A stretch of 32,000 nt of DNA from Cyanobacteria bacterium J06621_15 (GCA_038525335.1 JBCBHT010000024.1:4257-36256); one strand, 5' to 3'; shown: positions 16,503-25,736, counted from the stretch's first letter. The notes: generated from the sequence alone by a model not told the origin. Numbers and translations: made by a program.

Positions 16503-16573
16503 TTGGTGCGTGACGGTATAATCAAATTCTTAATTACAAAACAACATTATTCTGCACCGTCACACACCCTACA
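16503..16573 (-). mobile_element. Hairpin MITE-like element, copy 3 (inverted orientation)
   Basis: Its reverse complement reads TTGTAGGGTGTGTGACGGTG...ACCGTCACGCACCAATT, which matches the termini of copy 2. Confidence 0.6.
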
Positions 16574-16608
16574 ATCTATCTAATTATCAGAAGAAAAAGT
16601 TTTTTCTA

Positions 16609-16644
16609 CCCCCTCTTCCCCCTCTTCCCCCTCTTCCCCCTCCC
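16609..16644 (-). repeat. (CCCCCTCTT)x4 tandem 9-mer; this is a G5-N4 G-quadruplex motif on the asnS sense strand
   Basis: The plus strand reads CCCCC TCTT CCCCC TCTT CCCCC TCTT CCCCC T CCC. It lies 30 nt downstream of the asnS stop. Confidence 0.85.
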
Positions 16645-16673
16645 AAAAAATAGGAAGTCTTGAATAAATAAAT

Positions 16674-18065
16674 CTAAAACTCCGCACTCTCCGGAGTCCT
16701 CGGAAACGGAATTACATCGCGAATATTCCCCATTCCTGTCATAAACTGCACCAGTCTTTCAAAACCCAATCCGAAACCAGCATGAGGTACTGTACCATAA
16801 CGACGTAAATCCATGTACCACCATAAATCTTCTGGTTTCATACCTTGAGCTTTTATGCGATTTTCCAACACATCGTACCTTTCTTCACGTTGGGAACCAC
16901 CAATTATTTCACCAATTTTTGGTGCTAAAACATCCATCGCAGCTACGGTTTTTTCATCGTCGCTCAACCGCATGTAAAATGCTTTGATTTCTGTGGGATA
17001 ATCGCTAACAATAACCGGTTTTTTGAAAAGTTTTTCGCACAAATACCGTTCGTGTTCCGATTGTAAATCCGAACCCCATTTTACAGGATATTCAAATTTA
17101 GCATCGGCTTTTTCTAATAGTTTGACCGCTTCTGTATAGCTAATTCGCTCAAACTGATTATTAATAATATTCTCTGCGGTTTCCAATACTGTTTTATCAA
17201 CTCGTAAATTGAAAAAGTCCATGTCTTCCGGACATTTATCCATCACGTATTTGAAAACATATCTCAAAAATTCTTCCGCTAAATCCATGTCTTCAGATAG
17301 TTGGCAAAAAGCCATCTCCGGCTCAACCATCCAGAACTCTGCAAGGTGACGGGAAGTGTTGGAATTTTCGGCACGGAATGTAGGTCCAAAAGTATAAACG
17401 TTACCGAAGGTCATAGCCATAATTTCGGCTTCTAACTGACCGCTCACCGTCAAGTATGTCGGTCTACCGAAAAAATCTTGACTGTAATCTATTTGTTTAT
17501 CTTCCGTGAGCGGAACGTTTTTTAAGTCCAAATTAGTAACTCTAAAAAGCTCACCCGCACCTTCGCAGTCGCTAGAGGTAATAACAGGTGTATGAACCCA
17601 CAAAAAACCGCGCTGTTGGAAAAATTCATGGATAGCAGCAGCACAAGCATTTCTTACCCGGAATACAGCACCCAAGGAATTGGTACGACTGCGTAAATGT
17701 CCAATTGTTCTTAAAAACTCAAAAGAATGACGTTTCTTTTGTAGCGGATAAGTTTCTGGATCTGCTTCACCATAAACTGTTACCGCTTCTGCTTTTAGCT
17801 CAATTCGCTGTCCTTTTCCTTGAGACTCTACTAATACTCCTGATGCTTCTACAGAAGCTCCTGTGTTTAATTGTTTTAAAATATCATCATAGTTTGGCAA
17901 ATCTTGGTCTAGCACAACTTGTAAACTAGCCAAAGATGAACCATCATTAACTTCAATAAAAGCAAATCCTTTTAATTCGCGCTTCGTTCTTACCCAACCC
18001 TGCACCTTTACTGATTCGTCGGGTTGAGCGCTCCGCAATATTTCTGCAATTCGTTTTTCTATCAT
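16674..18065 (-). CDS. asnS: Asparagine--tRNA ligase
   Basis: OB-fold N-terminus ([26 protein letters not shown]), the class II motif [21 protein letters not shown] and GFGLGFERL. The ATG at 18065 is preferred over the TTG at 18080. Confidence 0.95.
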   Translation of the reverse strand: MIEKRIAEILRSAQPDESVKVQGWVRTKRELKGFAFIEVNDGSSLASLQVVLDQDLPNYDDILKQLNTGASVEASGVLVESQGKGQRIELKAEAVTVYGEADPETYPLQKKRHSFEFLRTIGHLRSRTNSLGAVFRVRNACAAAIHEFFQQRGFLWVHTPVITSSDCEGAGELFRVTNLDLKNVPLTEDKQIDYSQDFFGRPTYLTVSGQLEAEIMAMTFGNVYTFGPTFRAENSNTSRHLAEFWMVEPEMAFCQLSEDMDLAEEFLRYVFKYVMDKCPEDMDFFNLRVDKTVLETAENIINNQFERISYTEAVKLLEKADAKFEYPVKWGSDLQSEHERYLCEKLFKKPVIVSDYPTEIKAFYMRLSDDEKTVAAMDVLAPKIGEIIGGSQREERYDVLENRIKAQGMKPEDLWWYMDLRRYGTVPHAGFGLGFERLVQFMTGMGNIRDVIPFPRTPESAEF

Positions 18066-18090
18066 AGAATTTTCTTCCAAGAATAATAAT

Positions 18091-18219
18091 TTAGTGCTGT
18101 TAGTTATTAGTTGTTAGTTGTTGGTTGTTGGTTATTGATTGTTGGCTGTTAGTTGATTAATCTACTAACCACTATCCACTATCCACTAACCACTATCTAC
18201 TAACCACTATCTACTAACC
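18091..18219. repeat. Paired STRR-like heptamer arrays (GTTAGTT/GTTGGTT, then CCACTAT/CTACTAA)
   Basis: Read directly. The second array runs into the stop codon of the 18214-18624 ORF. Confidence 0.85.
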
Positions 18220-18624
18220 AGCAATAGACTTTAATAACCAGCCTATGATAACGCCCAATCCACCAAAACGGACTACTTGCCAAAACAAGTCTTTCAGTCC
18301 GCTTTTAGTAAATATAACGCTACCACCAAACAGCACTAAATAACTCTCGGAAAATAGTCCTAAAGCATTATCCAAACTTTCTAATTTTTCTTTAATTTGT
18401 CTCAACTCCGCTTTCAAGGATTGCGAAGTCGTTTGCTGCATTTCCTTTTTTATTTCATCGAAACGTCGTACCAGTTCTATCTGACGCTGTTTGTCGTTAA
18501 GCATTTGAGCGTATCGCTGTTTTAAGCCATCAATACTTTGCTCAACTGATAATATTTCTTGTTCTAATTCTTGTTCGAGACTTTCCTCAGTTGTTGAGGG
18601 GGAAGATTGTTCGGGCGACTCCAT
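18214..18624 (-). CDS. Hypothetical coiled-coil protein with a C-terminal hydrophobic segment
   Basis: 136 aa with an ATG start. It has an acidic, coiled-coil-like N-terminal two-thirds and a C-terminal FGGLGVIIGWLL hydrophobic stretch. No family recognised. Confidence 0.55.
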   Translation of the reverse strand: MESPEQSSPSTTEESLEQELEQEILSVEQSIDGLKQRYAQMLNDKQRQIELVRRFDEIKKEMQQTTSQSLKAELRQIKEKLESLDNALGLFSESYLVLFGGSVIFTKSGLKDLFWQVVRFGGLGVIIGWLLKSIAG

Positions 18625-18662
18625 GAGGGACGTATTACAGTAAAAGAGACGTTATTATCGCC

Positions 18663-18959
18663 ATGCAGGTTATGACTCAATCCAGCCAACTCCCTAAAAA
18701 TAGACAATTGCAAGACATAAGTACATTAGAAATAGCTCAAGCTCTATTGGAGAGATTGAGTATATCTCCTAACGATTGGCATCGTCTCAAGTCTAACCGC
18801 AAAGTTCGCGCTTGCGAACAAACAGCCGCTGCTCTAGTATTTCTTCTTTCCGACCAACCAGAAGAGGCACAAACTAGATTAGAACAAGCGACAGGCTGGT
18901 TAAATCGTTCTATCAGCGCTCCACCTTGTCCAACTCATGGACAAAAAAAAGACGGTTAG
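18663..18959 (+). CDS. Hypothetical 98-aa protein
   Basis: ORF with an ATG start, divergent from 18214-18624. No motif recognised. Confidence 0.5.
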   Translation: MQVMTQSSQLPKNRQLQDISTLEIAQALLERLSISPNDWHRLKSNRKVRACEQTAAALVFLLSDQPEEAQTRLEQATGWLNRSISAPPCPTHGQKKDG

Positions 18960-19060
18960 TTATTAGTTGTTAGTTGTTAGCTGTTAATTATTTAACTCCT
19001 AACTCCTAACTCCTAACTCCTAACTCCTAACTCTTAACTCTTAACTCTTAACTCTTAACT
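18955..19060. repeat. STRR-like arrays: GTTAGTT type, then TAACTCC x5 and TAACTCT x4
   Basis: Perfect heptamer phasing from 18993 to 19060, read directly. The array begins at the stop codon of the 18663-18959 ORF. Confidence 0.9.
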
Positions 19061-19065
19061 AAAAA

Positions 19066-19527
19066 CTAATTCCGTAATAAAGGTATTGGTATCCTTGAAC
19101 GTTTGTGTTCTAATTGCTTGCACAAGCGCAGTTCAGTACCTCTACGATTCCATTCTACCTGGTCAAAAATTAGATGCAGTATCGATAAACCGCGACCATT
19201 TTCTGATTCATCAGGTGGCAAAAATTCGGTGGGGTCTTCTTCACAGTCGCATTCGGGAATAAACCCTTTGCCTTGGTCTGATATTACCCACCAATATCTA
19301 TCATCAATTAAAGAAAAGCGAACTACTACTTTTTTCCCAGGATCGAGATTATTGCCGTGCTTCGCTGCATTAACTAAGGCTTCTTGAAGTCCTAATCTCA
19401 ACTCAGCCTGCATTTCTCCTGGAATTTCTGCCAAAAGCAAATCTAAAATCGGGCAGAGATATAGAGTTGAGGCAAAACTAATAGTGCCCCAGTTGCGTCC
19501 TATTGGACGGAGTGAAATGGTAATCAC
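19066..19527 (-). CDS. RsbW/SpoIIAB-type anti-sigma-factor serine kinase (HATPase_c only)
   Basis: N-box EALVNAAKHGN, G-boxes DQGKGF and NGRGLSI. It is 153 aa with an apparent GTG start. Confidence 0.75.
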   Translation of the reverse strand: MITISLRPIGRNWGTISFASTLYLCPILDLLLAEIPGEMQAELRLGLQEALVNAAKHGNNLDPGKKVVVRFSLIDDRYWWVISDQGKGFIPECDCEEDPTEFLPPDESENGRGLSILHLIFDQVEWNRRGTELRLCKQLEHKRSRIPIPLLRN

Positions 19528-19946
19528 AAGAGAAACCCCGTAGCTTTCGGCGACCGCTAGACATGACTTTTGCTATCTACCGCGCACCCTGAAATTCTAT
19601 AGAGGTGGTCATGTTGCCTTGATTTTTATGTACGTACAACTAATTTTTGTATTGCTACTTAGCATTGACTCTTTTTATAGAAAAAAGTTTGCTTAAATTT
19701 AAATCGGCTGATTTCTATCTACAAAACTTTACAAACTATAAATTTACTTGAAGCATCAATGAGCATTTTCATACTCTAAAAAAAGTGCCGATTTGTAATT
19801 TAAATAACCCCTTCTTTCTTTTTTTTAAGAGTCCGTTACTATGTCAATTTCTTTATACAAAAGGTATTCTATATTTAGATTAATTCAATTTTAGCATTTT
19901 TACTATGCGCTAGACTACAATTTTAAAATTTTACGCGAGAATTACA

Positions 19947-21329
19947 CTAAGTACCTTGACGGGCATCAGATAGTACAAGAAATGCTGCTACCTCCACATG
20001 AGCGGTTTGAGGAAAAAAGTCAGCAGGTTGTACTCGCGACAATGTGTATAAACCATCTTGACAAATTAACTTTAAGTCACGAGCAAGTGTAGTTGGTTTA
20101 CAACTTACATAAACAATACGAGCCGGTTTTGCTTTGCGTAAGGTTTCGATTACGGTCTTTTCGCATCCTTTTCTTGGGGGGTCAAGTATAACAATATCTG
20201 GTTTCTTTGATATCCGAGACAGTAATTCTTCTACCTTTCCCGAATGGAAGGTCACGTTATTTATGTGATTATACTGAGCATTATTTTTTGCAGCAGCTAC
20301 TGCTGATTGTTGTACTTCTAAACCAATAGCAAGATTTACTTGTTTAGCAAGTGGCAAAGTTAAAGTACCAATTCCACAATAAGCATCAACTAGTATTTCA
20401 TCACCTTTTAATTTTAATTCTGATTTAATTTCGTATAATAATGCCTCTGCTGTTTCAGTATTAACTTGGAAAAATGTATCCGGTCTTATTTGAAATTTTA
20501 AAGAAGCAAATTCTTCTTCTAAGTAAGGTCTCCCCGTAACAAGTCGAGTTTCGCTACCAAAAATTTTATTTGTCCGATGGTCATTCCGGTTTAACATCAC
20601 TCCTACTAGTGGGGGATAGTGGTCTAACCACTCTTGTGCTTTTTCGCCAATTCTTGGTATATTCCAGTCTTTAACTATCAAAGTCAGTAAAATCTCTCCA
20701 CTACGGCGACCAATACGTAAACCCAAATGCCGTATGATTCCGGTATGGCTACCTTCGTCATAAATTTCCCAGCCTAGTGATTGAATATCTTGTTTAACTT
20801 CTCTAAGAATTGGGTTTAACCGCGAGTCCTGTACCGGACATTGATTTAGGTTAACTATTTGATGTGAAGATTTCTGGTAGTAACCAATTTTGACCCCACC
20901 AGAGGTCGATATTCCCACCGGATAAGTTGCTTTATTCCGGTAATCTAATGAGCTACCCCCAGTTATTACCGCATCAACTCTGGGTTGTGTAAAACCACCG
21001 ATACGTTCTAAAGCTTGAATAACAGCTTTAAGCTTAGCTTCTAGTTGATACTCGTAATTTATATGCTGCCACTGACAACCCCCGCATTTATCAGCAACAA
21101 TACAAGCCGGTTTAATTCGATGAGGCGATGACTGTAATAATTCTTTAACTTTAGCTTTAGCATATTTTGGTTTGACATTTATCAAACGCACAACAACACG
21201 GTCACCGGGTACGGTATCCGGTACAAACACCACTAATTCAGCGCTTCGTCCGACCCCATCACCCGTATCGCTCAAGTCGGTAATTTCAATTTCAGCCAAA
21301 TCACCCTGCTTCAACCTTGGTCTAGTCAT
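19947..21329 (-). CDS. rlmD: 23S rRNA (uracil-C5)-methyltransferase RlmD/RumA family
   Basis: N-terminal TRAM-like domain, Fe-S cysteines (C..KCGGCQWQH..C), SAM motif DAYCGIGTLTLPLA, DPPRKG, and the catalytic YVSC. Confidence 0.9.
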   Translation of the reverse strand: MTRPRLKQGDLAEIEITDLSDTGDGVGRSAELVVFVPDTVPGDRVVVRLINVKPKYAKAKVKELLQSSPHRIKPACIVADKCGGCQWQHINYEYQLEAKLKAVIQALERIGGFTQPRVDAVITGGSSLDYRNKATYPVGISTSGGVKIGYYQKSSHQIVNLNQCPVQDSRLNPILREVKQDIQSLGWEIYDEGSHTGIIRHLGLRIGRRSGEILLTLIVKDWNIPRIGEKAQEWLDHYPPLVGVMLNRNDHRTNKIFGSETRLVTGRPYLEEEFASLKFQIRPDTFFQVNTETAEALLYEIKSELKLKGDEILVDAYCGIGTLTLPLAKQVNLAIGLEVQQSAVAAAKNNAQYNHINNVTFHSGKVEELLSRISKKPDIVILDPPRKGCEKTVIETLRKAKPARIVYVSCKPTTLARDLKLICQDGLYTLSRVQPADFFPQTAHVEVAAFLVLSDARQGT

Positions 21330-21330
21330 C

Positions 21331-21440
21331 AGTTACCAGTTATCAATTAACAGTTATCAGTTAACAGTAACTAGTCACCAGCGAACAGTTAAGGATTTTA
21401 AACTTTTAACTCCTGACTCCTAACTCCTAACTCATTACTC
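21331..21440. repeat. STRR-like heptamer arrays (CAGTTAN type, then TAACTCC type)
   Basis: Read directly in the rlmD/apcD divergent spacer. Confidence 0.8.
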
Positions 21441-21524
21441 ACTCCTTCCCCTCCCCTTCACTTCTTGGCACTAGAATCGGTAAACTATCAGTAATAATAA
21501 AAAAGCACTTTCTTGTTACTTGTT

Positions 21525-22010
21525 ATGACTGTAGTAAGCCAAGTTATTCTCCAATCTGACGACGAACTGCGCTATCCAAGCAGCGGCGAACTTAAGAATA
21601 TCAAAGAGTATTTGCAAACCGGCGAACAAAGGGTGCGAATTGTCAGCACCCTAACTGAAAATGAGAAAAAAATAGTCGAACAAGCGACCAAAAGTCTTTG
21701 GCAAAAGCGTCCTGACTTTATTGCTCCAGGAGGTAACGCTTACGGACAGCGCGAACGTGCGCTATGTATCCGCGACTATGGTTGGTATTTACGCTTAGTC
21801 ACCTACGGAATACTCGCTGGTGATAAAGAACCGATTGAAAAAATTGGTTTGATTGGTGTAAAGGAAATGTACAACTCTTTGGGAGTTCCTGTACCCGGAA
21901 TGGTTGAAGCAATTAAGGGATTGAAAGAAGCTTCCATTAGTTTGTTAAGCGCTGAAGATGCTCAGCAAGCTGCTCCTTATTTCGATTTCATTATTCAAGC
22001 GATGTCCTAA
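21525..22010 (+). CDS. apcD: Allophycocyanin alpha-B subunit
   Basis: [24 protein letters not shown]...[50 protein letters not shown]...[10 protein letters not shown] matches ApcD closely from memory. The ATG at 21525 is preferred over the TTG at 21513. Confidence 0.93.
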   Translation: MTVVSQVILQSDDELRYPSSGELKNIKEYLQTGEQRVRIVSTLTENEKKIVEQATKSLWQKRPDFIAPGGNAYGQRERALCIRDYGWYLRLVTYGILAGDKEPIEKIGLIGVKEMYNSLGVPVPGMVEAIKGLKEASISLLSAEDAQQAAPYFDFIIQAMS

Positions 22011-22284
22011 TTTGACATCTTGTTTCAAAATAACCTGTCATACTCAATCTTCTTTACTGAAGATTAATCAGGATAAAACATTAATGACACGGGATATTGG
22101 AAAACCCTTTAATTAAATAAGGATTTAAAGCCAATCCATACCGGATTGCTATTTGAATTCATCTTCCCCACACTTGGTAGTGGCTGTGGCAGATTTACTG
22201 TCAAGTTGCCAACAAGTCGTGGGGAAACTTATTCAGTCAAGAGCGAGCAGTAATTATTAGCCTAATGCCCAATTCTCAATTCAT

Positions 22285-22326
22285 AAATACAAAAAGCCGA
22301 CAGTCTCTTACTTAAGGCTGTCGGCT
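22285..22326 (-). terminator. Orphan rho-independent terminator oriented for the minus strand
   Basis: AGCCGACAG-N14-CTGTCGGCT forms a 9-bp stem. On the minus strand it is followed by TTTTTGTATTT. No annotated minus-strand gene lies upstream of it. Confidence 0.5.
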
Positions 22327-22898
22327 ATTAGTGTGTTCCCTATTAATGACTCGGCTAGAGTTCAGTTATATATAATTATGCTCCTAACTCTATTATCAGC
22401 AGAGGATCTTAATCATGTATAGTTGTGATTCTTGTCACAACCAAGCTGCATGGAAGCTGTATCATATTTATTTCTATTAGCCAAAAAATACTGATAGCTT
22501 GCTATCTTAAATTTACTTTATCTTGGATACAATTGGTACTGCTCGGTTTTACAGCGCTATTTCCCATAACCGCGTCATACCTATACTAGCAATTTCCTTT
22601 TTTTTACTAAGAAGCAGTTCGGACTTTCTTCCACCCACAGAGTCTACCTATAAAAAATATGAAGAAATCACGATTAGGAAGGCATAATCTAAAAATATTC
22701 TATTTGTCAGACATGTAATTATTGTAAATTCAAGAAAAAGAAAATTCATCCTATAGATAGTTGTGGCATAGTTTATAAAAGATATTAATTTTAAAAACAG
22801 TCTTCATTTCGCCTCCTGCTTGTCCGAATCACAACCGAACGAGTCAAAATAGAAGAAGAAAGCATTCATTTTAAGAGCAATTCAAATTCTGTGCAGTT

Positions 22899-24245
22899 AT
22901 GACATACGATTACGATTTATTTATAATGGGTGCTGGTTCCGCTGGTGCGGCTGCTGCTTCAAAAGCTGCTTCTTTGGGGTTGCGTGTAGCTGTAGCAGAA
23001 CAAGAAGCCATAGGTGGAACTTGTTTGAATCGCGGTTGCATTCCTAAAAAGTTGATTGTATACGCCGCTGACTTTGCGCTACATAATAAAATTGCACCTG
23101 ATTATGGTTGGAGTAAAAGCTCATCACATTTCGATTGGACGCAATTTATCCGCTCCGTACATAAACAAATAGACCGCATTAATAGTTCGTATCAAGAAAA
23201 ATTTAAGAAGAGTGGCATTGAGTTGATTCGTGGTCATGCTGGTTTTGTTGACGCTCACACAATTAAAGTTGATGAACGTAAAATTACTGCTGACAAGATT
23301 TTAATTGCTGTAGGTGCAAGTCCTTTTATCCCGGATATTCCGGGTATCGAATACGCTATTACTTCCCGTGAAATGTTTCATTTACCCTACTTACCCAAAC
23401 GTTTAGCAATCATAGGTGGGGGTTATATTGGTGTAGAATTTGCTAGCATGATGAACGCTTTGGGTTGTCGCGTTACTGTTGTTGATACTGATGAAACGAT
23501 TCTAGAAGGATTTGATAACGATATTCGTAAAACCCTGCAAGAAAGTTTATCTAGAAGAGGAGTTAAGTTTGTCAACAACAGCACCGCAACCGAAATTAAG
23601 CATTATGAGGAAGGGTTGCTATTAACTGTAAGTGGTAAATACAAGAAAACCATAGCTGCTGATAGTATTTTAGTTGCCACAGGACGCGCTCCCAACACCG
23701 AAAAGCTTGATTTAGATAATGCTCAAGTTGAAATGGGCGAAAAAAATGCAATCAAAGTAGACGAATATAGTCGCACCAATCAAGAAAATATTTTTGCCGT
23801 TGGAGATTGTACCAACCGCTTGCAGTTAACCCCTGCTGCGAAATCAGAAGCTGAAGCTTTTATCAATACTGTATTTGCTAATCAACCAGAAACAGTTAAT
23901 TACGATGATATACCTTCTGCTGTTTTTGCTCGTCCGGAAATGGCTAGTATGGGGATGACTGAAGACCAAGCTCGTTCGGAATTTGGTGACTCAGTGAAAT
24001 GTTACGACCATAAATTCCAACCTTTAATGCATCAGTTGGCTTCAAGTGAGGAGCAAACAATAATTAAGGTAGTAGTTGAAGGTGAATCAGAACGTGTTAT
24101 CGGAGTTCATATGTTGGGTGAGCATGCTGCTGACATTATTCAATGTCTTGGTGTAGCCATTCGTAAAGGTATAACCAAACAAGATTTAGATAAAGCTATT
24201 GCGATTCATCCAACTACCGCAGAAGAATTTTTAACATTAGATTAA
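22899..24245 (+). CDS. Class I pyridine-nucleotide-disulfide oxidoreductase: a diverged glutathione-reductase paralog
   Basis: 448 aa. FAD-binding GAGSAG, redox-active CLNRGC (23022-23039), second dinucleotide fold GGGYIG, and C-terminal HPTTAEEF. It is roughly 45% identical by eye to the downstream gor. Confidence 0.9.
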   Translation: MTYDYDLFIMGAGSAGAAAASKAASLGLRVAVAEQEAIGGTCLNRGCIPKKLIVYAADFALHNKIAPDYGWSKSSSHFDWTQFIRSVHKQIDRINSSYQEKFKKSGIELIRGHAGFVDAHTIKVDERKITADKILIAVGASPFIPDIPGIEYAITSREMFHLPYLPKRLAIIGGGYIGVEFASMMNALGCRVTVVDTDETILEGFDNDIRKTLQESLSRRGVKFVNNSTATEIKHYEEGLLLTVSGKYKKTIAADSILVATGRAPNTEKLDLDNAQVEMGEKNAIKVDEYSRTNQENIFAVGDCTNRLQLTPAAKSEAEAFINTVFANQPETVNYDDIPSAVFARPEMASMGMTEDQARSEFGDSVKCYDHKFQPLMHQLASSEEQTIIKVVVEGESERVIGVHMLGEHAADIIQCLGVAIRKGITKQDLDKAIAIHPTTAEEFLTLD

Positions 24246-24275
24246 ATTAAACGTTGCGAAACCCACAATTTTTTG

Positions 24276-24289
24276 TTTTGATATCAAAA
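24276..24289. promoter_or_regulatory. Perfect 14-bp palindrome TTTTGATATCAAAA between the two reductase genes
   Basis: Read directly. Function unknown. Confidence 0.3.
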
Positions 24290-24358
24290 ATTAGCTTAGC
24301 CTAGATGTAATAGTATTTTTTTCGAGCGCATTTGTAGCCTTCTAACACATTTAAAATT

Positions 24359-25735
24359 ATGACCTACGATTACGACCTATTTGTAATTGGTGCTGGTTCT
24401 GGAGGTTTAGCAGCTTCCAAACGCGCTGCCAGCTACGGAGCAAAAGTGGCGATTGCTGAATACGATTTGGTGGGAGGTACATGTGTTATCCGTGGCTGCG
24501 TTCCCAAAAAGCTGATGGTTTACGCTTCTCATTTTCCTTCGTTATTTGAAAGCGCTGCCGGGTATGGTTGGAAAATTGGTGATACCGAATTAGACTGGGA
24601 AAAGTTTATTACCTCTATAAACAATGAGGTTAACAACCTATCAGCGCTGCATATAAACTTCTTAGAAAGAGCAGGAGTTGAATTAATTCAAAGTCGCGCT
24701 AGCTTAATAGACGACCATACTATAGAAGTTGATGGACGCAAAGTTACTGCGGATAAAATTTTGATTGCTGTTGGAGGACGACCAACTAAACCAGATATAC
24801 CTGGGATGGAACACGCAATCACCTCCAATGAAATTTTTCACCTTAAAGAAAAACCCAAGCACATGGCTGTTATAGGAGCTGGGTATATAGGTTCGGAATT
24901 CGCTTGCATTATGCGCGGTTTGGGTTGCGAAGTTACCCAAATTATTCGTGGTGATATGATTTTAAAGGGTTTTGACGAAGATATCCGTACCGGAATTCAA
25001 GAAGGAATGATAAATCATGGTATTCGGATGGTCAAAAATACCGTAGTCACATCTGTAGAAAAAACATCGCAAGGCTTAAAATTGAGTTTGTCTGGAGATG
25101 AAGAATCAATCATTGCTGATGTGTTTTTAGTCGCAACAGGTCGGATTCCCAATGTTCAAGGGTTGGGTTTGGACAAAGCTGGAGTGGATATTGTAACCAA
25201 TGCTATGGATGGTCCTGGATACGATACCACAAGCGCCATCGCTGTCAACGAATACAGTCAAACCAATCATTCACATATTTTTGCTGTAGGTGACGTGACT
25301 GACAGAATTAATTTAACTCCCGTAGCAATTGGTGAAGGTAGAGCTTTTGCTGATAGCGAATATGGTGATATGAGACGTATTTTCAGTCATGAGGATGTCG
25401 CAACTGCCGTGTTTACACAACCAGAAGCTGCTACGGTTGGTTTAACAGAAGCTGAAGCTAAAGAAAAATTTGGGGATGACAAAATAAAGATTTATCGCAC
25501 TCGCTTTCGTCCTATGTTTTATACTCTACCGCAACAGGAAGAAAGAACAATGATGAAACTAGTTGTACATAGCGAAACCGATAAAGTTTTGGGCGCTCAT
25601 ATGGTGGGAGACTATGCAGCAGAGATAATTCAAGGTGTAGCGATAGCTGTAAAAATGGGCGCAACAAAGAAAGACTTTGATGCTACCGTTGGCATTCATC
25701 CCTCAGCAGCAGAAGAATTTGTGACGATGCGGTAA
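24359..25735 (+). CDS. gor: Glutathione-disulfide reductase
   Basis: 458 aa. MTYDYDLFVIGAGSGGLAASKRAASYGAKVAIAE, GGTCVIRGCVPKK and GIHPSAAEEFVTMR match the Anabaena-type Gor from memory. Confidence 0.9.
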   Translation: MTYDYDLFVIGAGSGGLAASKRAASYGAKVAIAEYDLVGGTCVIRGCVPKKLMVYASHFPSLFESAAGYGWKIGDTELDWEKFITSINNEVNNLSALHINFLERAGVELIQSRASLIDDHTIEVDGRKVTADKILIAVGGRPTKPDIPGMEHAITSNEIFHLKEKPKHMAVIGAGYIGSEFACIMRGLGCEVTQIIRGDMILKGFDEDIRTGIQEGMINHGIRMVKNTVVTSVEKTSQGLKLSLSGDEESIIADVFLVATGRIPNVQGLGLDKAGVDIVTNAMDGPGYDTTSAIAVNEYSQTNHSHIFAVGDVTDRINLTPVAIGEGRAFADSEYGDMRRIFSHEDVATAVFTQPEAATVGLTEAEAKEKFGDDKIKIYRTRFRPMFYTLPQQEERTMMKLVVHSETDKVLGAHMVGDYAAEIIQGVAIAVKMGATKKDFDATVGIHPSAAEEFVTMR

Positions 25736-25736
25736 T

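Noticed and set aside
18993-19060. Tandem arrays (here and at 2127, 4448, 5281, 6351, 18091, 21331, 25801) as possible CRISPR arrays
   Set aside because: The units are contiguous 7-mers with no spacers, far shorter than CRISPR repeats, and no cas genes are present. They fit the STRR-type heptamer repeats of heterocystous cyanobacteria.
22751-22869. Two ATGA-coupled micro-ORFs on the minus strand: 21 aa MNAFFFYFDSFGCDSDKQEAK at 22804-22869, and 18 aa MKTVFKINIFYKLCHNYL at 22751-22807, the latter preceded by AGGAGG. Also a 21-aa plus-strand ORF, MYSCDSCHNQAAWKLYHIYFY, at 22415-22480.
   Set aside because: They are too short to distinguish from chance in AT-rich DNA. The first starts only 30 bp from the divergent reductase ATG, where that gene's promoter should be. 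No conservation evidence is available. They are worth a look only if ribosome profiling or conservation supports them.
22899-25735. Interpreting the two reductase genes as dihydrolipoamide dehydrogenase plus glutathione reductase
   Set aside because: Both have the GR-like C..GC[IV]PKK motif rather than the lipoamide-dehydrogenase-type CIPSK, and both share the MTYDYDLF N-terminus. The upstream gene is therefore better treated as a GR-family paralog with altered cofactor and substrate residues.
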